From positions 1 through 42,089 of the IMG/VR virus record IMGVR_UViG_3300003691_000020: a DNA stretch of 42,089 nt. One strand, written 5' to 3'. Positions 26,377-34,404 of this stretch are shown piece by piece. Origin of the DNA: a virus. Under the pieces are notes generated by a model. It was given only the letters and a program-made list of their open reading frames with translations, did not search any database and was not told the origin of the DNA. How positions within the stretch are numbered: position 1 is the first letter of the stretch; every line of letters starts with the position of its first letter. A program made the position numbers and the translations under genes.

Positions 26377-26493
26377 ATGGAAAATGTAACAAAGAAATGC
26401 CCAAAATGCTGAAGCACTAACACAAAATTAATGAGGGTTATGGACTTTTTATTTCATCACTGCAAAGACTGCAACTTTGAATGGAAGCGATAA
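26377..26493 (+). pseudogene. Mini zinc-ribbon ORF interrupted by in-frame TGA (26410..26412)
   Basis: MENVTKKCPKC*STNTKLMRVMDFLFHHCKDCNFEWKR*. SD-like AAGGAAAG upstream. The terminal TAA sits just before the next gene's SD. Confidence 0.45.
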
Positions 26494-26504
26494 AGGAGCC
26501 AACA

Positions 26505-26744
26505 ATGGAACCATTTCACGGATTAAAAATAACAATAGGCGAAGACGAGTTCAAGCTTTACGGGACTGCTGAGATAAAAGGCTATTTCGTAAACGATTTC
26601 GATTTTGATATTCCGGCATGTAAATGTCGCGGTGTCGGTGAAAGTGAGTGGACACATTGCCCAAAGATGGCGCTCAATCATTTTTATTTTGGATGTCGGA
26701 ATCAAACAGAAGAAGCAATTTTAAAATGGATAGAGGAGCATTAA
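26505..26744 (+). CDS. Hypothetical Cys-containing protein
   Basis: I prefer the ATG at 26505 (SD AAAGGAG 7 nt upstream) over the track start at 26481. 79 aa. Confidence 0.7.
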   Translation: MEPFHGLKITIGEDEFKLYGTAEIKGYFVNDFDFDIPACKCRGVGESEWTHCPKMALNHFYFGCRNQTEEAILKWIEEH

Positions 26745-26745
26745 G

Positions 26746-26901
26746 ATGTGTTACTCAAATTGTAAGTTTGAAGATTGGGAAGGCGAATGCACAAAAAGAA
26801 AGAATGTTCTATTCGATGCTGAATGCCATTGCACAGACGAAGAACCGGAGCAAGAATTAAAAGGCAAGCGTGTAGTTTACGAAATTAAAAAACCTAAATA
26901 A
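26746..26901 (+). CDS. Small Cys-rich protein (51 aa)
   Basis: Not in the ORF track. The ATG lies 1 nt after the upstream TAA. MCYSNCKFEDWEGECTKRKNVLFDAECHCTDEE... Confidence 0.5.
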   Translation: MCYSNCKFEDWEGECTKRKNVLFDAECHCTDEEPEQELKGKRVVYEIKKPK

Positions 26902-26929
26902 TTAGAATACTAAGCAATAAGGAGAAATC

Positions 26930-28099
26930 ATGACAGAAAAAAATCTATGCACAGTAACAGGAAATTTGATTGTACCAGAAGAGTGTTTTATCGACGGTGG
27001 AGCTGAGAAAATGCTTGCTCTGCTACGGGCTAAATTAAAAGAGTTCGTACCTGATCCAACAACACCAAAAGGGCTGGAAGAAATAAGATCATTCGCGGCA
27101 AAATTTCCGAAGTCAAAAACAGCGTTTGAAAAAGCAGGGAAAGAATTTAAGAGACAATATAAAGTTAAAATAACGCCTATCGACAAGGAAAGAAAGATAT
27201 TCAGGGAAGCATGCGACAAAATGAGAGACGAGGCAAGACTACCATTAACATTGCACGAAGAGGAACAGGAAAGAATCGTTGAGGTTGAAAGAAAGCGTAT
27301 CGAACAGGAACTTGAAGACGAAAGATTAAAAGCCGAACAAATTCTCGTTGACCGGGAAAACGAAATAGCTCGAAAAAAAGCAGAGTTTGCAAAAATCGAA
27401 GCTGACCGGCTCAAAAAAGAGCAGGATGAAGAAGCGGAAATAGTAGTAAAGGCAAAGGCTGAGCAGGACCAAAAAGACCGGGTTGCCAATGAAGAACGGA
27501 TTAAAAAAGAAGCTTCAAAAAAGGCAAAGAAGGATGCCCAAATACTAAAAGATAATACAGGGCGTTCCCGTGTTAAAATGCTCGACGCTATCAACCACCC
27601 TCTTTGCTTTGAAGCTTGCAGGGATATGTCAGAAGTATCATGGATTTCTTATTATGCGGAAAGAAATAAAACCTTTCAGGACGCCGCAAAAATCCAATGG
27701 GAAAAAGAAAAAGAAGAAGCTCAGCGCATTAAAGATGAAGCAGCCGAAAAGAAACGCCTTGGTGATATCGAAACAGCCAGATTAAAAGCAGAGCAGGACC
27801 AAAAAGATGCTCTCGACAAACAACGTAAAGATCAGGAAGAAAAAGAACGTCTTAAACGTGATAGAATCGCAGAAGAAAAACGTATTGAAGACAAACGCCT
27901 TGCTGATGAAAAATCAGAGACGGACCGATTAGCCAGAAACCGGAACCATCAGAAAGCTATCAACAGAAAAGTTGTTGCGAAGCTTATGGGTATTTTCTTC
28001 TCTGATTCTGACAAAGTTCATATGACAGAAGCCCAGGCAATCGAAATAGTGAAAGAGCTTGTAAAAGACCCAATCCCAGAAATCACAATCAACTATTAA
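26930..28099 (+). CDS. K/E-rich coiled-coil protein upstream of the recombinase (DUF1351-like position)
   Basis: 389 aa with SD AAGGAG. It has an internal duplication (LKAEQDQKD twice; GAGCAGGACCAAAAAGA at about 27470 and 27790). Confidence 0.8.
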   Translation: MTEKNLCTVTGNLIVPEECFIDGGAEKMLALLRAKLKEFVPDPTTPKGLEEIRSFAAKFPKSKTAFEKAGKEFKRQYKVKITPIDKERKIFREACDKMRDEARLPLTLHEEEQERIVEVERKRIEQELEDERLKAEQILVDRENEIARKKAEFAKIEADRLKKEQDEEAEIVVKAKAEQDQKDRVANEERIKKEASKKAKKDAQILKDNTGRSRVKMLDAINHPLCFEACRDMSEVSWISYYAERNKTFQDAAKIQWEKEKEEAQRIKDEAAEKKRLGDIETARLKAEQDQKDALDKQRKDQEEKERLKRDRIAEEKRIEDKRLADEKSETDRLARNRNHQKAINRKVVAKLMGIFFSDSDKVHMTEAQAIEIVKELVKDPIPEITINY

Positions 28100-28109
28100 G
28101 GGGTAGGAT

Positions 28110-28859
28110 ATGAAAACAGATAAAGACGTTGCCGTGATAGATGTTCCGGCAAAAGATATAATGGTTATGCCAAACCAATACGACAGGCTAATTGAATCAG
28201 GCTTTAATTCGAATGCAGACCTTGAAAGAATGGAAAGGCTTTTTGAGTTAAAAAAACTGCATGAAGAAAACGAGGCCAGGAAAGAATATTTTAAGGCGAT
28301 GGCAGAGTTTAAAAAAGATCCACCATTGATTAAAAAGGATACACCGGTAAAATATCAGAACTCGGACGGATCATGGACTGTGTACAATCATGCCGATCTT
28401 GGAAAGTCTTTGAATCTTATATCGAAAGGCCTTTCACCTCACGGGTTATCTATAAACTTCAAACAGGAACAGGGTAACGGCGGGTTGACAATAACCTGCT
28501 TCCTTACCCACAGGCTTGGCTATTCTGAATCAACGTCACTATTTGCCGCCCCCGATAGTTCCGGCGGGAAAAATGGCATACAGGGTATTGGATCAACAGA
28601 CTCATATCTAAGACGTTACACAATGTTTTCTATTACCGGACTTGCCGCAGAAGGTGAAGATGACGATGGAAGAATGTCTGAGTCAAAGGTGGTTGAATAT
28701 ATCGATGAAGAGCAGATAAGTCAGTTAGCAGATATGCTGCTTGCTATCGATAAAACTGAGGCTGAGTATTGTAAGCACAGAAATGTCGAGTCATTAAAAG
28801 ATATTCCATTAAGCACTTTTAATATTTGCGTTTCAGAATTAAAACCGATGGATGGGTAA
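28110..28859 (+). CDS. ERF-family single-strand annealing protein
   Basis: 249 aa. YFKAMAEFKK...VYNHADLGKSLNLISKGLSPHGL and GIGSTDSYLRRYTMFSITGLAAEGEDDDG resemble P22 Erf (GATSSYARKYCLNGLFGIDD..D). Confidence 0.7.
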   Translation: MKTDKDVAVIDVPAKDIMVMPNQYDRLIESGFNSNADLERMERLFELKKLHEENEARKEYFKAMAEFKKDPPLIKKDTPVKYQNSDGSWTVYNHADLGKSLNLISKGLSPHGLSINFKQEQGNGGLTITCFLTHRLGYSESTSLFAAPDSSGGKNGIQGIGSTDSYLRRYTMFSITGLAAEGEDDDGRMSESKVVEYIDEEQISQLADMLLAIDKTEAEYCKHRNVESLKDIPLSTFNICVSELKPMDG

Positions 28860-29463
28860 GATGATAATAAGCAAGCACGAACAAAACACTCCAGAATGGA
28901 AAAATGAACGGTTGGGCTGTCCGTCTTCTTCAGAGTTTAAAAGAATCGTTACCTCGAAAGGGGTGCGTTCCGACTCACGGCAAAAATATATGGATGAGCT
29001 TGCATCTGAAATAATTACAGGTGAGCCTACTGCAAAGCCTAAGTTAAAAGCGTTTGACCTCGGACATGAAAGAGAGCAAGAAAATATTGATCTGTATCAA
29101 TTCAGAAACGGCGTTGAAATTACGCAGGTGGGTTTCTGTTGGAAAGATGAAAAAAAACTATTTGGTGCCAGCCCTGACACACTTGTTAATGAAGATGGGT
29201 TGATGGAGGCTAAAAACTCGAATGGACCGCAGCAAATAAACAGGATTTTATATGGCTGGACAGCATCTGAGCATCACAGACAGGCACAAGGGCAAATGTT
29301 GGTAACAGGCCGGAAATACTGTGATGTCGTTTCATATTGCCGGGGCATGAAAACAGTTACAGTTAGATTTGAACGAGACGAAGAGTTTTTAAAAAAACTT
29401 GAGGTTGAGCTTATTCTTTTCCATAGAGATTTAATGAAGCTCGTTGACGAAATCAGGCAATAA
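28852..29463 (+). CDS. YqaJ/lambda-Exo-like PD-(D/E)XK exonuclease
   Basis: 203 aa. TPEWKNERLGCPSSSEF and GASPDTLVNEDGLMEAKN (D..E.K motif). Overlaps the ERF gene. Confidence 0.85.
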   Translation: MGKMIISKHEQNTPEWKNERLGCPSSSEFKRIVTSKGVRSDSRQKYMDELASEIITGEPTAKPKLKAFDLGHEREQENIDLYQFRNGVEITQVGFCWKDEKKLFGASPDTLVNEDGLMEAKNSNGPQQINRILYGWTASEHHRQAQGQMLVTGRKYCDVVSYCRGMKTVTVRFERDEEFLKKLEVELILFHRDLMKLVDEIRQ

Positions 29464-29486
29464 AAACTAACCAACAAGGAGAGGAT

Positions 29487-29828
29487 ATGGAAGACGCAAT
29501 AGTTAATACAGCTAAAACAGCAATTAAAGAATCAATAATTAATAACCTGACAGGATACAACAGTCCGTTTAATAAGATGGCAAATGACGTCATCATGCAA
29601 CACGAAGCTGAATTTAAAAAGCTATTTGAGACAGAAGTGGCAAGCCTAATAAATTCAGATGATTTTAAAAGCGCAATGAGTGAGGCCCTACACACACGAC
29701 TTGCAAAAATTCTTGTGTCAAAACTTGGTGGTGAACTTGAAAAAAGAGTCAATAGCCTTAAACAAGATCCGACAACAAGGGCAAAAATTACGGTGGCTAT
29801 TTCAAATATCATTGAAGAGAATCTTTAA
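29487..29828 (+). CDS. Hypothetical protein
   Basis: 113-aa ORF with SD AAGGAGAGG. Confidence 0.75.
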   Translation: MEDAIVNTAKTAIKESIINNLTGYNSPFNKMANDVIMQHEAEFKKLFETEVASLINSDDFKSAMSEALHTRLAKILVSKLGGELEKRVNSLKQDPTTRAKITVAISNIIEENL

Positions 29829-29853
29829 AGACTAACCCAACCAGGAGGACAAA

Positions 29854-30276
29854 GTGAGAGAGATTTTATTTCGCGGAATGACAGGTGATGGTGAATGGAT
29901 TTACGGCAATTTAAACAATTGTTCAAGCGGTGTTTTTATAACACAACCAGACAGTATTGATATCACCACAGGTTTTAGTAAATGTAAAATGGGCGGTCTT
30001 ATTTCGTCTTACAAGGTTAAATCTGAAACAGTAGGACAGTACACCGGGCTAAAAGACAAGCATGGAGTTAAGATATTTGAGGGTGACCGAATAAAGTGGC
30101 ATTACCAATACAGAGAAACAAATTCAATAGTTGTCGGAACTGTTGAATGGGACACTTGCAATCCTTGTTTTGTTGTAAACGGAGATAATGAACATTCCTT
30201 AGAATATGATTTTATCATGGCCGGATGTTGTGAGCTTGACGTTTTAGGAAACATCCACGAGCAGGAACTTAAATGA
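29854..30276 (+). CDS. YopX-family protein, GTG start
   Basis: (M)REILFRGMTGDGEWIYGNL..VGQYTGLKDKHGVKIFEGD..GNIHE. SD CAGGAGGA followed by GTG. Confidence 0.8.
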   Translation: MREILFRGMTGDGEWIYGNLNNCSSGVFITQPDSIDITTGFSKCKMGGLISSYKVKSETVGQYTGLKDKHGVKIFEGDRIKWHYQYRETNSIVVGTVEWDTCNPCFVVNGDNEHSLEYDFIMAGCCELDVLGNIHEQELK

Positions 30277-30695
30277 AAAAGCACACACTTTATTGCAACC
30301 CGGCAGACGGCCAATTTAATTGGGAAAAATTATTTGACCTTAAAAACCTTCCGGCGAAGCTTGGTAAATATAAAAGGGTTAAGGTAACTTTTGAGAAGTA
30401 TGTTCAAAAAAAGAGTCAGCCACAATTAGCATACGTGCATGGTGTCGTGATTAAATACCTTGAGAAAGAAATGTACTCCGATACAGGAATGTCATTTGAA
30501 GACTGGAAGTATGAACTTAAAGAAAGATTTGGCGTAAAGGAAAAGGATAGAAGCGGTACGTTTAACAGGTTGAAATCGTTTGCAGATTATACAGAGCCGG
30601 AAATGTCCCTTTTTATTCAGCAGTGTATTGATTGGGCGCGTGACTTTTTCAGCTTACACGTGCCACCACCGGAAGTTATCGGCGATTATATTTAA
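30273..30695 (+). CDS. Hypothetical protein (weak NinB/Orf-like pattern, not asserted)
   Basis: 140 aa with an ATGA overlap with the upstream gene. Confidence 0.7.
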   Translation: MKKHTLYCNPADGQFNWEKLFDLKNLPAKLGKYKRVKVTFEKYVQKKSQPQLAYVHGVVIKYLEKEMYSDTGMSFEDWKYELKERFGVKEKDRSGTFNRLKSFADYTEPEMSLFIQQCIDWARDFFSLHVPPPEVIGDYI

Positions 30696-30717
30696 CATTT
30701 AAACTATAGGAGGGAGT

Positions 30718-31143
30718 ATGGTAAAGCATAATAGATTTTACAGAAAAGTGTGGGCATCTAAGAGCGATTTTACTGGTGCACTTGCAATGTGGCTGGTAAA
30801 ACAATCGCCATACATAGTACCAGATAATTTATCTGTATGCATTATTAAATTTTATAACAAGCTTGATGAAATTGCAACATTTGATGAGCTTGGAATGGCA
30901 GAGGTAGAGCTATCTACTCTGACAAGTAAAGTTGACTCTATTCTTGAAAGTATTCCTGAAATTGTGCAGCTTAACGAGCGAAAGAATAAACGTGAAGGGA
31001 TTGGATTTAGCTCAAGATATTCTAAGAAGCCTGAACCTGACGATGATTTCATAGACATAACAGCAGTTGCACAAGACATAACTTGTTGTTTTGCAGAAAG
31101 AGAAGATGCTCAATGTTGGCTTGATAAAGACAAAACAGACTAA
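30718..31143 (+). CDS. Hypothetical protein
   Basis: 141 aa with SD AGGAGGGAG. Confidence 0.75.
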   Translation: MVKHNRFYRKVWASKSDFTGALAMWLVKQSPYIVPDNLSVCIIKFYNKLDEIATFDELGMAEVELSTLTSKVDSILESIPEIVQLNERKNKREGIGFSSRYSKKPEPDDDFIDITAVAQDITCCFAEREDAQCWLDKDKTD

Positions 31144-31168
31144 CAACCCGTAACCAAAGGAGGGAGAT

Positions 31169-31375
31169 GTGAAAGCTTATAAAGTTACAGTTCTTGTTAT
31201 AGATCATGAATGTGTAGGTGATAAAGGAGTTACGATCAATCTTGAAAACGAAAAGTATTCAAATCCAACTGTGATGAATATTGAGGAAGCCGATATAGGC
31301 GAATGGTCAGACGATCATCTAATAAACGGATGTAACACACAGCTTGCTGAATATAACAGGATATTTAATAACTAA
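31169..31375 (+). CDS. Hypothetical protein, GTG start
   Basis: 68 aa. SD AAGGAGGGAG followed by GTG. Confidence 0.65.
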   Translation: MKAYKVTVLVIDHECVGDKGVTINLENEKYSNPTVMNIEEADIGEWSDDHLINGCNTQLAEYNRIFNN

Positions 31376-31404
31376 CCCGGCATCCCCGGCAAAAGGAGAG
31401 AGGT

Positions 31405-31962
31405 ATGAAAGTATTTTTTGACACAGAGTTAACAGGGCTACACCAGGACACAAAATTAATCAGCATAGGTTTGATTTCAGAAGATAACCAAACATTCTAT
31501 GCTGAAAATTGTTCGTTTATGGATGGGTTTACATGTGGTGATGATAGAGAATGGTGCGAGAGTAACTTAACACCTAATTTGAAGTTTTATGGCAATACAA
31601 CCAAAGGATATAATAATTCTTTTATAGGGTTGAACGAGCCATCAGAGGTTTTTGGAGAGCTTTGGCTTATTAAAGATTCTCTTGAAGATTGGCTTTCCAG
31701 ATTTAATTATGTTGAACTTTGGTCTGACTGCCTGTCGTATGACTTTGTTCTTTTCAATCAACTATGGGGCCATGCTTTTGAAATTCCTAAGAATGTTTAT
31801 TACATCCCGTTTGACATCTGCACTGTGTTTAAAATGAAGGGTATTGACCCTGGCACAAGCCGTGAAGAGTTCTCCGGAATGACAGAAGGTGCAGAAAAAC
31901 ACAATGCTTTATGGGATGCAAAAGTGATAAAGGGTTGTTATGATAAGCTTATGAGCGTTTAG
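31405..31962 (+). CDS. DEDDh-type 3'-5' exonuclease (DnaQ-like fold)
   Basis: 185 aa. FFDTELTGL, ISIGLISED, and HNALWDAKV near the C-terminus. Confidence 0.8.
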   Translation: MKVFFDTELTGLHQDTKLISIGLISEDNQTFYAENCSFMDGFTCGDDREWCESNLTPNLKFYGNTTKGYNNSFIGLNEPSEVFGELWLIKDSLEDWLSRFNYVELWSDCLSYDFVLFNQLWGHAFEIPKNVYYIPFDICTVFKMKGIDPGTSREEFSGMTEGAEKHNALWDAKVIKGCYDKLMSV

Positions 31963-31964
31963 CC

Positions 31965-31994
31965 TTGTAATTATCCTCCGGCATGGGATTAAAT
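31965..31994 (+). promoter_or_regulatory. Sigma70-like promoter candidate (TTGTAA-18-TTAAAT) containing the 15-mer AATTATCCTCCGGCA
   Basis: The 15-mer at 31969..31983 is identical to 32314..32328. Confidence 0.4.
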
Positions 31995-32004
31995 AGGAGT
32001 CTAT

Positions 32005-32145
32005 ATGACTGATAATTTAGATTTGACTATTTGTTTGTTTTTTGCTTTTGGATTACCTGTTATTGTAACTATATACTATAATTTGAAATGCCATTCTGAC
32101 GAAAAGATTAACAAACTTAATTTAAAGGAGATTGACGATGAATAA
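32005..32145 (+). CDS. Small membrane protein (46 aa, one TM helix)
   Basis: Not in the ORF track. SD TAGGAG. MTDNLDLTICLFFAFGLPVIVTIYYNL... Confidence 0.5.
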   Translation: MTDNLDLTICLFFAFGLPVIVTIYYNLKCHSDEKINKLNLKEIDDE

Positions 32146-32305
32146 GCACCTACTATCAGATAAAGTCGAAAACATAATTAAAGAATTGGCTGAGGTACAT
32201 CTTGAATTATCCAATGCGGATGCGTGTTGTTTAAAGCTTGACAATGGCGGATGTGTTGTTTTTGGCTCGAAAGAATCGGTAATTGATTTGGTTGAAGACG
32301 AGTAA
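32138..32305 (+). CDS. Small protein (55 aa)
   Basis: Not in the ORF track. Overlaps the upstream ORF with SD AAAGGAG. MNKHLLSDKVENIIKELAEVHLELSNADACCLKLDNGGCVVFG... Confidence 0.5.
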   Translation: MNKHLLSDKVENIIKELAEVHLELSNADACCLKLDNGGCVVFGSKESVIDLVEDE

Positions 32306-32309
32306 TAGT

Positions 32310-32338
32310 TTGAAATTATCCTCCGGCAGTGCTAAGAT
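32310..32338 (+). promoter_or_regulatory. Sigma70-like promoter candidate (TTGAAA-17-TAAGAT) containing the same 15-mer; fires into the non-coding island
   Basis: -35 at 32310..32315 and -10 at 32333..32338. Confidence 0.5.
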
Positions 32339-32350
32339 GTAAAATAACAC

Positions 32351-32379
32351 GACCCGGGAAGTTTGCGCTTGCCCGGGTC
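32351..32379 (+). other. Perfect 8-bp GC-rich hairpin about 12 nt downstream of the -10 (candidate leader, attenuator or processing structure)
   Basis: GACCCGGG-aagtttgcgcttg-CCCGGGTC, followed by AAATTCAATTTACTTTTCG. Confidence 0.6.
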
Positions 32380-32796
32380 AAATTCAATTTACTTTTCGTG
32401 GAAGCAAATTGATAATCTCTATATACCACATAGATTATCTAAATGTCAACAAAATCCCGCGAAAGTTGAAATCCAGTGCAATACAAGCAAATGATTCTGG
32501 ATTCGTAAAATTATTCATACGCTAAACAAAAGGTCGTTCGCCATTACCCCGGGCGCATTTGATAAACAGGGAACACAAAGCACATTTTAGTGACCGCGAC
32601 TATAACGGCGGGGCTTGAGTTTTGCCAGCTTTAAATCGGCACCTGATAAAGACGACTTTTTTTGACCTGCATGGTTTTTATTTATTTTGTTGAGTTTTGG
32701 CTTTTAATATACTTTAGCTTTACCCGGGTAGATACTATGGGTGCTTAACAGAGAGGGGTACAATTATGTTTAATATACCAGACAAAGGAGAATGTT

Positions 32797-33162
32797 ATGA
32801 GTTTATTTCAGTGCGAGCATTGCGGGTGTTGTGAGAATACAGCGGTATCACCAAGTTATTATTTGATATCGTTTCCTGAGTCCGGCGACTGGACCGGAAT
32901 AGAGGATAGACGAGGAAAAATGCTATGTAGTGCTTGCGGCCCTATATTATTTGAAGATGGGACAGCTACGGAGTGGGGCGAATGGCACGGAGAATTTGAC
33001 AGAGTGTTTCTACCGAAGGGCATGTTTAAGACAAACAATGAAGGGAATCTTGAGCATATTGAATCTGGATCTACAAAATTCAGAGACTATGAGATAAGCG
33101 AAGAAGAGAAAACAGACGGCCAAAAGCTTGTTGAATTTTGTGACAGAATGATGGGCGTTTAA
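32797..33162 (+). CDS. Cys-rich hypothetical protein
   Basis: 121 aa with SD AAAGGAG. CEHCGCCENTA ... CSACGP. Confidence 0.75.
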   Translation: MSLFQCEHCGCCENTAVSPSYYLISFPESGDWTGIEDRRGKMLCSACGPILFEDGTATEWGEWHGEFDRVFLPKGMFKTNNEGNLEHIESGSTKFRDYEISEEEKTDGQKLVEFCDRMMGV

Positions 33163-33196
33163 TGTTAAATAAAATGCCAGTTAATAGGAGAGAACA

Positions 33197-33379
33197 ATGG
33201 GCGATGTAGGAGATATTTACAGAGCAATGAAGGAAGATAGAAAAGAAAGGCGTAGAAAGTATGGCATAAGTTGTCCTGAATGTAATATTCGGCAACCAAA
33301 ACGAATACCGGCAACATTACTGCCTGGACAGAGGTGTAAAGTGTGTGGGTATATGGACAAAAGAAAGAATGTTAAATAA
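33197..33379 (+). CDS. Small zinc-ribbon protein (intact)
   Basis: 60 aa. CPEC..x17..CKVC. SD TAGGAGAG. Confidence 0.7.
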   Translation: MGDVGDIYRAMKEDRKERRRKYGISCPECNIRQPKRIPATLLPGQRCKVCGYMDKRKNVK

Positions 33380-33427
33380 ACTTACACCAGCAATTGCGCA
33401 GCACAATCGTAATTAAGGAGGGAATTA

Positions 33428-33568
33428 ATGGTTACAACACTTGTTTATTTTGCTTCGTTAAATAAAATAACGAAATACAGATTTAGCGGGGATGATTTAG
33501 TTAATGAACTTATTAAGTCAACAAATAAGAAAATATTAAACGAGGTTAGCTGGCAATTAAAGCAGTAA
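33428..33568 (+). CDS. Small protein (46 aa)
   Basis: Not in the ORF track. SD AAGGAGGG. Confidence 0.45.
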   Translation: MVTTLVYFASLNKITKYRFSGDDLVNELIKSTNKKILNEVSWQLKQ

Positions 33569-33619
33569 ACAACAGCATCAAAATATGATGCACAATCGTA
33601 ATTATTTTAAGGAGGGGTT

Positions 33620-33817
33620 ATGAGCATAGACTTTCCAAGAGCATGGCAATTAACAAAAAACTCAAATATTGAAGACCACCATGGAAAATGTAGTTGGAAA
33701 GTTGCCGGCTTATTGTGTGACTGTGGTTTTTTAAATAAACATCCTGAGCTATTGAGTTCAACATTTTACGGGCACAATGGAAAAGTAATTACTCCGGCAA
33801 ACAGAATAATAGTATAA
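33620..33817 (+). CDS. Hypothetical protein
   Basis: 65 aa with SD AAGGAGGGG. Confidence 0.7.
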   Translation: MSIDFPRAWQLTKNSNIEDHHGKCSWKVAGLLCDCGFLNKHPELLSSTFYGHNGKVITPANRIIV

Positions 33818-33842
33818 ATAAAACCAGACAAAGGAGAATGTT

Positions 33843-34082
33843 ATTAACGACAAGGAATTTTTACAATGGATCATGGATAGAATGGTTAATAAGCATGGTG
33901 AAGACAAGGATATTGACTATATAATAAGACTTAAAAAAATTATAGATGATTTCCCGGGCGCAGGTCAAAAATGTTTATTCGGGTATTGCTGGTGGTTCTG
34001 GCTACCAAGGATAAGAATTTCAAAATATAATTGTGATTTCCAATGGTTGTGCTTTATGGCAAGTTTTTGGAGCGATAAATAA
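33843..34082 (+). CDS. Hypothetical protein, probable ATT start (alternative start: ATG at 33873)
   Basis: The frame is open from 33822. The 22-nt leader ACCAGACAAAGGAGAATGTTAT is identical to that of the 32797 gene and places ATT exactly where the paralogous leader has ATG. The ATG at 33873 has no SD. Confidence 0.55.
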   Translation: MNDKEFLQWIMDRMVNKHGEDKDIDYIIRLKKIIDDFPGAGQKCLFGYCWWFWLPRIRISKYNCDFQWLCFMASFWSDK

Positions 34083-34107
34083 AACCCCATAAGCAGGAGA
34101 GAAGGCA

Positions 34108-34401
34108 ATGAGCTTTACGCCATACCCAAAGCCCGGAAAGAAGAAAAAGCGCAAACCTGGCAGGCTATCAGAACAAGCCTTGATTAAGCTCAAGCAGAAA
34201 GTATTGGAGCGTGATAGATTCTGCCAGATATGCGGAACGCCTTTTACCCTTACAGCGCATCATATTATTTTTTTGAGCAGGGGCGGAAAAGATTTATACG
34301 AAAATCTCCTGTGTTTATGCATACCTTGCCATGTTGATGTACACGCTGAAAGGGTTAATATCATTGGTCAATATCCTGATTATGAAATTATTTATAAATA
34401 A
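34108..34401 (+). CDS. HNH endonuclease
   Basis: 97 aa. CQICG..AHHIIFLSRGGKDLYENLLCLCIPCHVDVH. Confidence 0.85.
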   Translation: MSFTPYPKPGKKKKRKPGRLSEQALIKLKQKVLERDRFCQICGTPFTLTAHHIIFLSRGGKDLYENLLCLCIPCHVDVHAERVNIIGQYPDYEIIYK

Positions 34402-34404
34402 CGA

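Noticed and set aside
26902-27594. 230-aa minus-strand ORF
   Set aside because: It is antisense to the K/E-rich coiled-coil gene. The Ser/Phe-rich product is the mirror image of GAA/AAA codons, which marks a shadow ORF. The same reasoning applies to 4495..4899(-), 35640..36095(-), 17137..17526(-) and 29453..29812(-).
31969-31983. DnaA boxes inside the shared 15-mer (TTATCCTCC)
   Set aside because: Only 7 of 9 positions match TTATCCACA, and the mismatches are at conserved positions. Both copies are better explained as promoter spacers.
32306-32796. Known riboswitch or ribozyme (hammerhead CUGAUGA core, glutamine, preQ1 or c-di-GMP motifs), or a tRNA-like element in the non-coding island
   Set aside because: Only partial, non-contiguous resemblances were found (for example CTGATAA instead of CTGATGA). 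No complete conserved core could be assembled by eye, so a covariance-model scan is needed.
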